Of a stretch of DNA of 64,000 nucleotides, positions 1 to 13,224 are shown in pieces. The stretch covers positions 2,916,977 through 2,980,976 of the forward strand of contig MU054338.1 in NCBI GenBank assembly GCA_013239625.1, read 5' to 3'. How positions within the stretch are numbered: position 1 is the stretch's first letter; every line of letters begins with the position of its first letter. The stretch comes from Lama guanicoe. Lineage: Eukaryota. A program made the translations under genes and the position numbers. The notes beneath the pieces were generated by a model. The model did not search any database. It had not been told where the DNA came from and worked only from the letters and a program-made list of their open reading frames with translations.

Positions 1-52
1 TGGGAAGCCCTCCCAGCCTGGTGGTGACCCGCTGTCTCTGCCCCCGCCCCAG

Positions 53-3000
53 CCGGTGAGCTCCTCCGACAGTGAGGCCCCTGAAGCAGACCCAGTGGGC
101 GGGAGCGAAGATGAGGAGGACCGGGGGGTCATGGCTGTGACCGCCGTGACTGCCGCAGCTGCCAGCGACAGGATGGAGAGTGACTCAGACTCGGACAAGA
201 GCAGCGACCACAGTGGCCTGAAGCGGAAGGCAGTGGCCTTGAAGGTAGGGGCGGGGCGGCGCACCTGGCCTGAGGGGGACTTCCTCCCACCAGGGGTCTC
301 ATCTGGCAGCCTGCTCTCCCTCCCTGGCCTTTCCTTCTTTCTTTTTTAACATATATTAAAAAAAAAAGTGAGGTAGTGTACACATATCATGAAATGCCCC
401 CTTTCAAAGTATACTATTCAGTGGGTTTTAGTACATTCACAGAGTTGTGCCACTGTCACCTCTGTCTCTGTCTAGTTCCAGAACTTTCCATCACCCCAAA
501 AAGAAGCCCTGTCCCCATCAGCAGTCACTCCCCATCCTCCTCCCCAGCCCTTGACAACCAGGAATTCACTCTCTGTCTGTGGACTGGCCTGTTCAGGACA
601 TTTCATATCTATGGAGTCACACATTGTGTGTCCTGTGTCTGCTTCTCTCACTGAACATCATGTTCTCAGGGTCCGTCCACGTGGGAGCGGGTATCAGTGC
701 TGCTCTCCTGCTCACGGTTGAGTGATGCTCCCGTGTGTGGAGGGACCACGTGTTTATCCATCCATCTCTTGATGGACATTTGGGTTGTTTCTGCTTTGGG
801 CAGTTACAAATAATGCTGCCGTGAACATTCAGGTAACAGGTTTTTGTGTGGACGTGAGTTTTAAGTTCTCTTGGATAGATTCTCTTTCCTGCCTTTTTTC
901 CTCTCCTCTGCCTTTTGACTGCTTCTGAATATTTGGGTGCAGAATGGAAGGACCAGGATTTAGCAGCAAGTTCTTTTGCTAGAGTAAGGCATTCTTTTTA
1001 TGATTTGTAAAAATAACATTTGCTTTTGGTTCCAGTTGTAACTATAAGCCACGCTCATAGATATGTTAGAAGATGCAAAAAAAAAAAAAAAAGATGCAAA
1101 AGCATAAACAAGCTGGTGGAAAATGCCTGCACTGAGGGGTTTCTGTGCCGAGGACTAGAAACACCCTGATGTCTTTCTCAGTGTTCCTGCGTGTGCCTCG
1201 TGTCGGGGTGCGGGTAAAGTACAGAGTTGGCAGTCATACGTACAGTATGTGCCGTGCTGCTTATCCACCTAAAATGAGAGTATTTCCTTGTCACTAAATA
1301 TTATTTTATGATGCAGTTTTCAGTGCTTGAGAAGTAATCTATGGTATGACTAAATTCTAACTAATATCTTGGTAAGATTTTGGGCATTAAGCTTTCCCTC
1401 AACTTTTCATGATCTACTAGGCATTAGTTTTAAAAAGTCCCTGCTGTTTCTGTTTATACTTGTTGGAGAAGTTAAACAGAAATATGTAGAAAATGAATGC
1501 TCCCCCTCATCCTACCCCATAGAGATAAATCACTATTTGTAGGTCAGTATATATTCATCCTTTATGTTTTTTTTTTTTTTTTTTTTGCGGGAGATGGTGG
1601 AGCCAGCTTTGCATTAAACGAATTTGAGAATTCACTACCACAACACCTTTTCTCCGCACTCGGAGACATTCAGAAGACCTCTTCCCTCCTAACCCCGTGC
1701 CCCGGCACGTCGTCGGTGTTCCTTGCCCCCATGGCAGGGGCGGTGGCGGGGAGGATGCCATGGTTTTCCATCGGGTCAGCTTTGTGCTTTCTCTCTAGTT
1801 AACATGACTTTGTCGCTGTTTTCCTGTGAGTCTCTGGATCTGGTCTTCATGTTCACACTTCTCAGGCTCTCTGTGGAAGGCCTCCTGTTGTGAGGGTTTC
1901 GCCGCAGACCCCACTGCAGCCTCGGGGAGTAGGGGCCCCAGGGTCCGGCAGGAGGGTTGCTGAGCCGTCTGCCCGGCTCCATTCTCTCTGGGGTCACAGG
2001 TTCTTGCTGCCCAGAGCCCTCCCCACATCCTCCCCTTGGGCCCCGCCTAGAAGGTCCTGCCTTGGTCATCTTAGTCGTCACGATTTCTGCCCTTCCGTCT
2101 GGGGAGCCAGGCCCCACCCTGGCTTGAAACGCCCAACCTGTGACTGCTTCGAGAATCTGACAGAGTGTAACTGTGCATGGGAAACAGAAGTGTCCTGGGG
2201 TTATGCTGGGTTCCCTGAGTGCTGGGTTGAGTCCCTGTGCTGACAGGTGAGAAGGGAAAACACACACTCCCTGTCCCCGTGAACTGGACCCAGGGTCCCA
2301 CCCATCCCCATCCCCTCCTGCCCAGGAGGGAGCCTGCTGAGGTGTGAGGAGCGCCGGCCTCAGCATGGCCGTCCATCCTGGGAAATGGGGCCAGACTCCT
2401 GCAGGTCCGGCCGCAGTCGTGCCCCGTCCCCTCCCTAACCACTCATTGCCCTCTCCCACCGCCTCCACCCAGGGACTTTGTACCTGCGTCCCCTCGGCCT
2501 CCCTGCAGGCTTCCCCGTGCCTTTCCCTGACCGCCCCGCCATGGCCGCCCCTTCCCACCGCACCTTTCTTTTTCCAGGACTCACTCTTTGATTCCTCCCT
2601 GAAGTTTCTTCTGGTCTCTCCCGACCGGAGGACAGGTTAGGTGGAGTTGGGGCCTCATCTCTCATGGGCGCATCACTGATATCATTGACCCACAGACAGG
2701 GGCCTTAAACAGCAGCCGTCTGTCTTCCCACAGGATTGGAGGCTGGACATCCAAGATCCAGGAGTCAGTGGGGTCACTTCCCTCTGAGGCCCTTCTCTTT
2801 GGCGTGAGGATGGCGGCCTCCTCCCCGTGCCCTCGAGTGGTCTCCCTCTGTGTCTGTGTCCTGATCTCCTTTCCTTACAAGGACACCAGTCACACTGGAT
2901 CAGGGCCACCCTAATACTCATTTTATCTTAATTATCTCATCAAAGACCCTATCTCCAAATAGTCGAGTTCTGAGGTCCTGGCAGGGCAGGGCTTCAGGGT

Positions 3001-4461
3001 AGGAATTTTAGGGGAACGCAGTGCTGCCCCTCACACCTGGCCTTGGACGGGCCCTGGAGTTGGGGAGATGCTCCGTGAATGGTTGTGAAGAGAACCAGCG
3101 AGTCTTGGCCGTGACAGGACAGAGGCACAGGCGCAGCGTAACTAAAGCAACGGCCGACGACGCGGGCGGACGAGGCCGTCAGTTGGCGGAGACCTATCTC
3201 TAAAGCTCAGTCCTCTGCCTCCTCAGTTCTTCCTTTATATGATTTCTGAAGTTGGCTTCTTTGGGTGGGCATCTGGGAGTCCACGGACCCCTGAAACTGA
3301 ATTCAGAATTGTGTATGTGTGTACTTAAAAAATCTTTTTTATTAAGGTGAAATTCACAGAGAAAAACTAACCATTCTAAAATGTACAATTCAGTGGTGTT
3401 TAGTACATTCATAACGTTGTGTAACTACTCCCTCTGTCTAGTTCCAAAACATGTTACGTGTTTTTCTCGGAAAAGGATTCCTGGTTTGGTTTTTCTTTAT
3501 TTTTTTTCAATTGTAGTAAATTACACATAATGTAAAATTCACCATCTTAGCCATTTTTAAGTGCACAGCTTAGTAGCACTAAGTACATTCACACTGTTGT
3601 GCCACCATCCCCATCATCTGCCTCCAAACTTTTCTAGTCTTCCCAAACTGAAACTCTGCCAGTGAAACACTCAGTCCCCACCCTCTCCCCCAGCCCCCGG
3701 CCCCGCCATCTACTTTCTGTCTGTGGATTTGAGCCTCAGCTCTTCCCGGGCTGTGGGTGGTCAGGAGGGAGATGGCTCTGCCGAGCACAGGATTTTTCTC
3801 AGTTGCTGATCCATTCGTGCTGCTTCCCTCCCAGATGTCGGTCTCAAAACGAGCTCGAAAGGCCTCCAGTGACCTGGATCAAGGCAGCATGTCTCCATCC
3901 GAGGAGGAGAACTCTGAAAGCTCCTCTGAGTCGGAGAAGACCAGTGACCAGGTGAGCAGCTGGCTGGACCCGGGCGGGCGTGCCAGGGGGAGGGGGGCAC
4001 AGGCGGGGCCAAGTGGCAGCCGGCCAGCGAGTGCCACGTCCAGCTCCCTTCTCTCTGCCCAGGACTTCACCCCTGAGAAGAAAGCCGTGGTCCGGGCCCC
4101 GCGGCGGGGCCCCCTTCCAGGACGGAAGAAAAAGGTACAGAGTTTTGTTTTGTTTCGTTCCTATTTGCCGGCCTGTGGAAGCCCCTCAAGCGGCAGCAGC
4201 CATGGTCTGCGGCAGAGCCGGTCCGTTTTGGAGGAGGGTAGGTTGCAGGCCCCCGGGAGACCCCAGGGACCGCTTCTGCCTCCACTTTCACTTGTGGCTT
4301 CGTCCTGTGGTTTCCGAGCACTGTGTGCACAAAGCACCTCCCCAGCGCAGGAGGCCACCCAGCCGCCACCGATCCCGAGAGGGAGAGGGACTTAGAGGCA
4401 GTTTGGAATACGCGGTGCTGGGATGCTGGCATCGGAAGGGATTAGCGCACTCTTAGGGGCC

Positions 4462-4507
<46 letters not shown>

Positions 4508-7500
4508 TGTGTGTGTTGTGTGCATGTAGGAGTGTGTTGTCTATGTATAGGAGTGTGTGTACAAGCATGTGTGTCTGTGCCTATATGTGTGGGTGTGGAG
4601 TGTGCGTGTCTGTGAGCGTGTACATGGGTATGTATTATGTGCATATACAAGTGAATATGAGCGTGTGTGTGGTGTCTGTGAGCATATGTGGTGTGTGTGT
4701 GTTTGCGCGTGCACATGCATGTACAAGTCTGTGCCTCCTGCACTTGGAGGAGGCGGTGAGGCGCAGGGAGGTCTCCCACCCTGACTCAGGTGAGCAAGCA
4801 GGCAGCTGTGGGCACAGATTCCGGGCCAGAAGGAAGGGTTTCTGGTTTGGAGAGGTGGGTTGCTGCAGGGGCACTTGGGGGCCACCCTCGCCCTGGCTGC
4901 TCTCACCTCGCCGCGGCCTCTTCCAGAAGGTGCCCTCAGCCTCTGACTCAGACTCCAAAGCAGAATCAGACGGGGCCAAGGCTGAGCCGGTGCCCATGGC
5001 AAGGTCCGCGTCCTCCTCGGCGTCCTCCTCTTCCTCCTCCTCCTCTGACTCGGAGGTGTCTGTAAAGAAGCTTCCTCGGGGCAGGAAGCCAGGTAGGCCG
5101 GCTGGGGAGGTGCCACCTGGTTCCCTGGGCCTGGCCTGTGGGGGTGGGGGGGCTCCCGGGGGCAGCGCTGGTTGAGGCCACCCCCTCCTCCTCTGCCGCA
5201 GCTGAGAAGCCTCCCCCCAAGCCCCGGGGGCGGAAACCGAAGCCTGAGAGGCCGCCGACCAGCTCAAGCAGCGACAGGTGGGTGCCAGGGTCCTGCTGCG
5301 GGGCGCAGGTGGCGGGTGGGCCCTGGGACCGGAGCCCTGACCGGCCCGCACCCGCAGCGACAGCGACGAGGTAGACCGCATCAGCGAGTGGAAGCGCCGG
5401 GACGAGGAGCGGCGGCGCGAGCTGGAGGCCCGGCGGCGCCGGGAGCAGGAGGAGGAGCTGCGGCGGCTGCGCGAGCAGGAGAAGGAGGAGAAGGAGCGGC
5501 GGCGCGAGCGGGCTGAGCGCGGGGAGGCCGCGCCCGGGGGCAGCGGGGGCAGCAGCGGCGACGAGCTCAAGGACGACGAGGAGCCTGTTAAGAAGCGGGG
5601 CCGGAAGGGCCGGGGCCGGGGCCCCCAGTCCTCGTCCGACTCGGAGCCAGAGGCCGAGCTGGACAGAGAGGTGCGCGGGCGCCCCCGGGGCGGGGGCGGG
5701 GCGCGGGAGGCTCCTCCTCTCGCTGGCGCTTCTAGCGAGCCCGTCCCTTTACCTTGTGCGTCTGCTGGGCGCCAGGAATCGGCAGTGGGGCCGTATGGAA
5801 ACAGAAACCCACTGTTAAGAAGCTGACATTCCGGGCAGGGAGGCTGGCAGGGAGGCTGGCAGTGCTTGGTCACGAGTGGACGGCCTGAGGACGGTGTGTG
5901 GTGCGTTCCAGGGCGTTCAGTGCCAAGGTGAAGAGTGAAGCCGGGGTAGGGGGTTGTGAGCTGCTGGGGTGAGAGGGTGCAGGCCTGAAAGGCTTCAGGT
6001 GAGGAGGTGGCATTGAGTAAGGATCTGAATGACGTAAGATGAAGTGAGAGGTGATCTGGGAAGATACCTGGGGGAAAGGCATTCCTTGCAGAGGGTGTAG
6101 CACGTGCAAAGGCCCTAGGGCAGGACTGTGTCTGGTATATGGGAGGAACAGCAAAGAGGCCTTTATGTCTGGACCAGAGTGATCAAGGGGGAAGAAAAGG
6201 AGGAGGGGAGGACAGGAGGGACAGGACCATTAGCGCTGTGTGCTACTGCAGGCCCATTAGCTCCCTGTCCTCGTGGCACTCAAAGGCCAACCTGAATCCA
6301 GGAATCTGACCACCTCCCAGGCCCATCACCTGCTGGTCCGAGCCTAGAGCCCCGCACAATGGGAGAGGAGGAGGAGGAGGGAGCAGGACAACGCCCTCTC
6401 CTCTCCCTACTGCTCTCTCTTTTGTCGAAAAAACGGGACCAAGTTCCCTGGCCTGGGAAGGGCCCTGCTCAGCAAGAGGAGTTCAGTGGGGCCACCTCCT
6501 CATTGGGTAGTCCTTTCAGGGCCTGAGAAGCTGCTGTCCAGAGATGGACTGGAAATGGGGTCCTTCCTCCTATCCCATCTCGCCCGACCCACCAGCTCCC
6601 ATCTGCGCAAAGGTGGCAGCAGGGTGTGTCCAGCTATATCTTTAAAGGGACAGCTCGTGGGTCCTGGGCAACCTTGCGCTGCCGCTCCAGCCTCTCCCTT
6701 TCTCTGGCTGCTGCAGGTGAAGAAATCCGCGAAGAAGTTGCAACCGCAAAGCACAGAGCCCGCAAGGAGACCCAGCCAGAAGGAGAAGAGAGGGCGCTCT
6801 GAAGAGAAGCCTCGAGCCAGGTCAGTTCCTGCTCTGCCTCTCCTCCCACAGCCCCTGGGGGCTCTCCCGCCTGCCTGTCCTGGTCCCCATGATCCTGGGC
6901 ACCCCTACCCCTTGCAGGAAGGTCCTGGCTTATTCTGGTTCTTGGGGCCCCATCAGGTTATGCAGGAGCCGCTGCCTTGGACTGCGGTCCTTCCTGGAGC
7001 ATGCCTCTCACTCGGAGTGACCCTGCCCCCAGGGAACAGCAGGCAGTGTTGTCATGCTGGGGGGCTTCTGGCGTCCAGTAGGTGGGGGCCGGGGAGGCTA
7101 CCCAACACCCCACCGTGCCCAGGATGCCCCCCACCCCGAGAATGACCCAGCACCCAGTGTTAGAACTACCTAGGGGAGAAAGTGTCCCCAGACCACTGGG
7201 GACTTTTTAAGTCCAAGGCCCACTGACGTTGGGGAACAGAGCCCATCTCCCTGCCCACCTTCTCCATGGAATCCCAGCTGGCAGTGAGCAAACCTGTGCA
7301 CTGGGAACATGGCAGCCGGACCCCCGAGCAGGACAGAGTCGGAGGGGCGGTAACATGCGTGCTACCATTTCCCAGTGTCAAATTGGAGCGCCTTTCATTT
7401 ATTTATTTATATTTTTCCAAATTGCTCCCCTGTCCCCTTTGGTAACCATAAGTTTGTTATGTCTCTGAATCTATTTCTGTTTTGCAAAGAAGTGTATTTG

Positions 7501-10500
7501 TATCATTTTTTTAGATTCTACATGAGTGATATCATATGATATTTGTCTTTCTCTGTCTGACTGATTTAGTATGATAATCTCTGGGTCTATCCATGTTGCT
7601 GCAAATGGCAATATTTCATTCTTTAAAAAAATTTTTTTTGGTGTATATAGTCCATTGTGTGTATATACACCACTTCTTCCTTATCCAGTCACCTGTTGAT
7701 GGATATGTGGATTGCTTCCATGTCTAGGCTATTCTAAATAGTGTTGCTGTGAACATTGGAGTGCGTGTATCTTTTCAAATTAGAGTTTTTGTCTTTTCGT
7801 GATATATGCCCAGGAGTGGGATTGCTGGATCATGTGATAACTCTGCTTTTAGTTTTTTAAGGAACCTCCATGCTGTCCTCCATAGTGGCTGCACCAGTTT
7901 GCATTCCCACCAAGAGTATGTAGGAGGGCTCCCTTTTCTCCACACCCTCTCCAGCATTTATTATTTGTAGACTTTTTGATGATGGCTATTCTGACCAGTG
8001 TGAGGTGGTACCTCATTGTAGTTTTGATTTGCATTTCTCTGATAATTAGCAATATTGGCCACCTGTATGTCTTTTTGGAGAAATGTCAGTTTGGATCTTC
8101 TGCCCATTTTTTGACTGGGTTGTTTGGTTTTTTGATACTGAGCTGTATAAGCTGCTTGTATATTTTGGAAATTAAGCCCTTGTCAGTCACATTGTTTGCA
8201 GATATTTTCTTCCATTTCATAGGTTGTGTTTTCATTTTGTTAATGGTTTCCTTTGCTGTGCAAAAACTTTTGAGTTTAATTTGGTCCCATTTGTCTATTT
8301 TTGATTTTGTTTCCATTACTCTGGGAGATGTATTAAAAAAATATTGTTCAGATTTGTGTCAAAGAGTGTTCTGCCTGTGTTTTCCTTTAGGAATTTTATA
8401 GTATCTAGTCTTACATTTAGGTCTTTAATCCATTTTGAGTTTAGTTTTGTATAAGGTGTTAGAGAATGTTCTAATTTCATTCTTTTTACATGTAGCTGTC
8501 CAGTTTTCCCAGCACCATTTATTGAAGAGATTGTCTTTTTTCTGTTGTATATTCTTACCTCTTTTGTCGTAGATTAATTGACCATAAGTAGGTGGCTGGA
8601 CTTTCCTGTTCCACTGAGCTATGTGTCTGACTTTGTGCCAGTACCATACTGTCTTGACGACTGTAGCTTTGTAGTATTAGTTTGAAGTCAGGAAGCGTGA
8701 TTTCCCCCATCTCTGTTCTTTCTCAAAGTGGTTTTGGCTGTACAGGATCTTTTGTGTTTCTGTACAAATTAAAAACATTTTTTGTTCCAGTTCTGTGAAA
8801 AATGCCGTTTATAATTTTATAGGGATTGTATTGAATCTGTAGATTGCCTCGAGGAGTGTGACCATTTTAACAGTATTGATTCTTCCAGTCCAAGAACACA
8901 GTGTGTCTTTCTGTTTGTGTCGTCTTCAATTTCTTTTGTTAGTGTCTTAACAGTTCTCAGAGTATAGGTGTTTTACCTCCTTAGGGAGGTTTATTCCTGG
9001 ATATTTTCTTGTTGATGCAATGGTAAGTGGGATTGTTTCCTTCATTGCTCTTTCTGATATTTCATTATTAGTGTATAGAAATGCAACAGATTTCTGCATA
9101 TTAATTTTGTGTCCTGCAACTTTTCCGAATTCATTGATGAGCTTGAGTAGATTTCTGGTGACGTCTTAGAATTTCCCATGTATAGTATCATGTCTGCAAA
9201 CAGTAATAGTTCTACTTCTTCCTTTCCAATTTGGGTTCTTTTTATTTTTTTTCTTCCCTGATTGCTGTGGCTACTAGGACTTCCAAAACTCTGTTGAATA
9301 AAAGTGGTGAGAGTGGGCATCCTTGTCTTGTTCCTAATGTTAGAAGGAGTGCTTTCAGCTTTTCGCCATTTGCATGATGTGAGCTGTGGGTTTGTCATAC
9401 GTGGCCTTTATCATGTTGGGGTACATTCCTTCTGTGCCCACTTTCTGGAGCGCTTTTATCGTAAATGAATGTTGAATTTTATCAGAAGCTTTTCTGCATC
9501 TATTGAGATGATCATACAGTTCTTTTCTTCAGTTTGCTAATGTGGTGTGTATCACACTGCTTGATTTGCAGATAATGAAAGAGCTTGCACCCCTGGAATA
9601 AATCCCGCTTGATCATGGTGTGTGATCTTTTAACATGTTGGAATCGGCTTGCTGGTATTTTGTTGAGGGTTTTTGCATTTATGCTCATCAGTGATAATGT
9701 CCTGTAATTTTCTTTTTTTGTGATATCTTTGGTTTTGGTATCAGGGTGATGGTGGCCTCATAGAACAAATTTGAAAGTGTTCCTTCCTCTGCGATTTTTT
9801 GGAATAATTTCATAAGGACAGGTGTTACCTCTTCTCTAAAATGTTTGACAGAATTCACCTGTGAAGCCGTCTGTCCTGGGCTTTTGTTTGTTGGGTTTTT
9901 AAATTACTGATTCAATTTCAGTACTCTTAATTGGTCTGTTCATGTTTCCTATTTCTTCCTTGTTCAGTCTTGGGAGATGGTGCCTTTCTAAGAATTTGTC
10001 GCTTTCTTTTAGGTTGTCCATTTTATTGGCATATAGTTGTTCATAGTGGAGTCCCTTTTAGGAATTCATGCACTGGGTTTTACACAACTGGCCACTGACC
10101 ACTAGCCCCTGTTTTTTTGTTTTGTTTTGTTTTTGTAATTGAAGTGTATTTGATTTACAATATTGTGTTTCTGGTGTACAGCATAGTGATTCAATTATAT
10201 ACATTGTTTTTTATATTCTCTTTCATTGTTGTTTATTATAAGATACTGAATATAGTTGTCTGTGTTATACAGTAGGACCTTGTTTATTTTATATATTTTT
10301 CAGTTACATAATTAAACAAGGAATTCTGGGCTTTCGTGTTGTTTTGCTAGAAAGACCTAAAGGAAGGGTGAGGTCTTTGTCCCCTCGGGTGCAGCCCTAA
10401 ATCAGGTCACGCCGGACCTTGAGCCCTCTCCTCCCAGATTCCTGGGCCTCCTGTAGATTTCCTTCCGCAGTGACCATGGGTCACCCCATGTGGGTCATCC

Positions 10501-13044
10501 CTTGGTGGGGAGGATGGAGGCTGTGGGGACATTGGTCAGGGGCTGTCTAAGGGCTCAACTCCCCACAGGCCCGTGAAGGTGGAACGGACCCGGAAGCGGT
10601 CGGAAGGGTTCCCGCCAGACCGGAAGGTTGAGAAGAAGAAAGGTGAGGGGCCGGCTGCCTAGTTGCAGCCCCCGTGGTCACTGAGAGGGGGGAGGGATGG
10701 CTGTGGAAGGGCTGGCTCCCGTCACTGGAGCGGTGCTGGGGCAGGTCCCCAACCAGCTCCTGGGAGGGGCTGCAGGAGCACCTCGGTGCAGCCTGGGGCT
10801 CCATGCTCAGGCCTGGGTGCCGCCTTCTCTCCTGAGCACAGAACCTTCTGTGGAGGAGAAGCTTCAGAAGCTGCACAGCGAGATCAAGTTCGCTCTGAAG
10901 GTTGACAATCCGGTGAGACCTTCCCCTGGGTGCAGAGGTCATGTCACGGTCCCCCTGGCCCCTCACTGCTAGCGCTTCCTTAGAAGTTTCAGGACACAGA
11001 GGCAAACCCAGGCTCCCACGGGGTGGGCAGCATGGGGTCCTTGTTCACGTGGGGGTCCCCCCTGCTGAGGACCTAGCTTGGCCTCCTGAGGTGCAGCGCT
11101 CTGCATCTCCACTAGGTGGTGCCGTGCAAAGTCCAAAGATCCCTCAAGTTCTGGGTCCTTCCCACTGTCCCTGGGGTCCCTGTCACTCAGCCCTCCCCTG
11201 CAGGGAGAGCCCCAGGGGGTCTTTCTCTGCCCTGTTGGGCCCCAAGGACCCTCTCAGCTAGGAGCTGTCCCTCATTGCCCTTGCCGCCCTGCAGGACGTG
11301 AAGAGGTGTCTGAACGCATTAGAGGAACTGGGGACCCTGCAGGTGACCTCACAGATCCTCCAGAAGAACACAGACGTGGTGGCCACACTGAAGAAGGTAC
11401 GGCAAGAGCCCGGGGGGGAAGGGGCTGTTCAGGGGGGCAGAGGGCAGCTTGGGAGCCGGGTGCCCGGCCGCAGCAGCCATAGTCAGCGAGGAGGAAGCTA
11501 TGCACAGGGGAGGGTCTGGGCGGGGGCTGAGGCTGGCTGCGCCTCCTGAGCCAGACCTCTTGGTGGCCAGATCCGCCGCTACAAGGCCAACAAGGAGGTG
11601 ATGGAGAAGGCTGCGGAGGTCTACACCCGGCTCAAGTCTCGGGTCCTGGGACCAAAGATCGAGGCCATCCAGAAGGCAACCAGAACTGGGACGGAGAAGG
11701 AGAGGGCTGAGGTGGAGAAGGCCGAGGAGGCGCTAGCCGGAGAGGAGGCCCCCACGGAGAGGGCGGAGGACGAGGCGAGCACTGGTGAGGAGCTGGCGGG
11801 AGAGGGCTCAGCACATTCAGGGCCCTGAGAGCATCCTGGAGCTTCTATCCAACAGCCCAGGTGGCACGATCCTGTTGGCACTCTCTGCACAGGCTGGCTG
11901 TGTACATGAGGCATCAGCGCCTGGTACACACACCCCTAGGCCACTCAGAGGCTCCAGACCCTCAGTGCAGATAGCATGGGAGGCTGTCTGTGTGCAGCCA
12001 GGTGTGGAGCGTTACTGGGACAGACAATCGCAGAGGTCCGGGAGGGAAGGGCCACAGATGGGCTGGGAGGAGAAAGGGCATCTTTGTAGGGGACCCGAAC
12101 CTTCCTTCCTGATGGGGTCACATGGTTGTGGTGAGAGATGCTTAGAGCAGCCCTTCAGACTGGCATCAAGATAGCTTAGCCAACACTGCCTGGGGGAAAG
12201 CGTGGAGGGGGAGCCTTTCCTCATCTCTGGGCTGTGGCAGGCTTTTTCCCAGTGTTGCCCACCGCCCCTCCCTCCTCTAGGCTGTGTGGTCAGGGCTGGG
12301 GCTGGCTAGAGGAAGGACCTGCACACAGCCAGCTGTCCCCATGTGTCCAGAGGCTCAGGGGTGGAAGTGAATGCAGTCATGCAGGCAGATCCAGAGTCCT
12401 CCAGGACCCCTGCCCCAGACCGACTCGCCTCCTGCTCGTTCTCTATGGGCACCGTTTAAGGGGTCCCCGACAACAGCCCCACAGTGTCCCATGAGGCTCT
12501 CTCCCCCCAGATCTCTCAGCCCCTGTGAACGGTGAGGCCACGTCCCAGAAGGGGGAAAGCACGGAGGACAAGGAGCAGGAGGAAGAACAGAACTCAGAGG
12601 AGGGGCCCGGGGGCGGCTCCTCCGAGGACCTGTTACACAATGAGTAAGTGTCACTGGGACTGCGGGGCGACTTTCTGAGAGAAGGCACCCTGATGTCTGG
12701 GCTGCTCCCAGTGGGGTAAGGGCCACAGGGACTTCTGCTCCCACATGCTGGCCACCCACCGTCACCTTTGCGGCTGCCCCCTAGACCCCTAATGAGGGAA
12801 CCCTGGCCATGCGGAGCGTCCAGGGCCAGCCTGTGCGTGGCGGGGCTGCAGGCCTGGCTGGGGGAGCGTCGGTCTCTGTAGGTGACAGGAGGGGGACAGG
12901 CAGGAAAGGGGCCTGCTCACCCAACCTGTGCCGTCCACCAGCAGTGTGCGGGAGGGCCCGGACCTGGACGGGCCCGGGAAGGAGCGGCAGGAGCGAGAGA
13001 GGGTGCGGATGGACTCGGAGTCCCTGGACGACGAGGACAGCTGA
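53..13044 (+). CDS. HDGFL2: HDGF-like 2 (HDGFRP2), 3' part; the 5' PWWP exons lie upstream of the window
   Basis: Exons with AG/GT boundaries and consistent phase: 53-244, 3835-3951, 4063-4134, 4927-5092, 5202-5277, 5358-5670, 6717-6820, 10569-10642, 10842-10912, 11295-11396, 11571-11784, 12511-12643, 12942-13044 (TGA). Peptides [27 protein letters not shown], the integrase-binding domain ([76 protein letters not shown]) and the C-terminus ESLDDEDS match HDGFL2. Confidence 0.97.
345..885 (-). mobile_element. Old L1 (L1M-type) 3'-end fragment
   Basis: Typical L1 3'UTR sequence (agtacattcacagagttgtgc...ccagccccttgacaacc...gatggacatttgggttgtttc). Confidence 0.75.
2685..3035. mobile_element. MLT1-type (MaLR) solo LTR
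   Basis: ggaggctggacatccaagatc...ccttacaaggacaccagtcacactggatcagggccacccta...aaagaccctatctccaaatagtc. Confidence 0.7.
3330..3735 (-). mobile_element. Two short L1 3'-end fragments
   Basis: aaattcaccatcttagccatttttaagtg...agtacattcacactgttgtg...ccaaactgaaactctg. Confidence 0.65.
4462..4735 (+). repeat. (GA)n plus degenerate (TG)n tract in an HDGFL2 intron (UG-rich in pre-mRNA; TDP-43-type binding sequence)
   Basis: tgtgtgtgt-(ga)n followed by about 230 nt of interrupted TG repeats. Confidence 0.9.
7396..10046 (-). mobile_element. 5'-truncated, degenerate L1 (ORF2 RT/C-terminal region plus 3'UTR), antisense in an HDGFL2 intron
   Basis: ORF2 fragments ([37 protein letters not shown]); possible degenerate TSD tggagcgccttt 7384-7395 / tggagtcccttt 10047-10058. 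Confidence 0.9.
10110..10300 (-). mobile_element. Short L1 3'-terminal fragment
   Basis: attgaagtgtatttgatttacaatattgtg...ggtgtacagcatagtgattca...atacagtaggaccttg. Confidence 0.7.
11109..11123 (+). promoter_or_regulatory. CTCF-like motif CCACTAGGTGGTGCC in an HDGFL2 intron
   Basis: Motif match only. Confidence 0.35.
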
Positions 13045-13224
13045 GCCCGGCAGCCTGCGGCCAGGCCCCGCTGCCACATGCGGATGGTCCGAGGCCAGCC
13101 TGGCTCCTTCCCGGCGCCCGGGGAGCAGAGAACTGTTGGGGAGACACTGTGCTGTTCGTTTGTATTTGTCCCCCTGGGTTTTTTTCTGCCTAATTTCTGT
13201 GATTTCCAACCAACATGAAATGAT

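Noticed and set aside
4635..5873. 412-aa minus-strand ORF and many other 60-300-aa ORFs
   Set aside because: Shadow ORFs of GC-rich exons, simple repeats and transposon remnants, with no recognisable domains.
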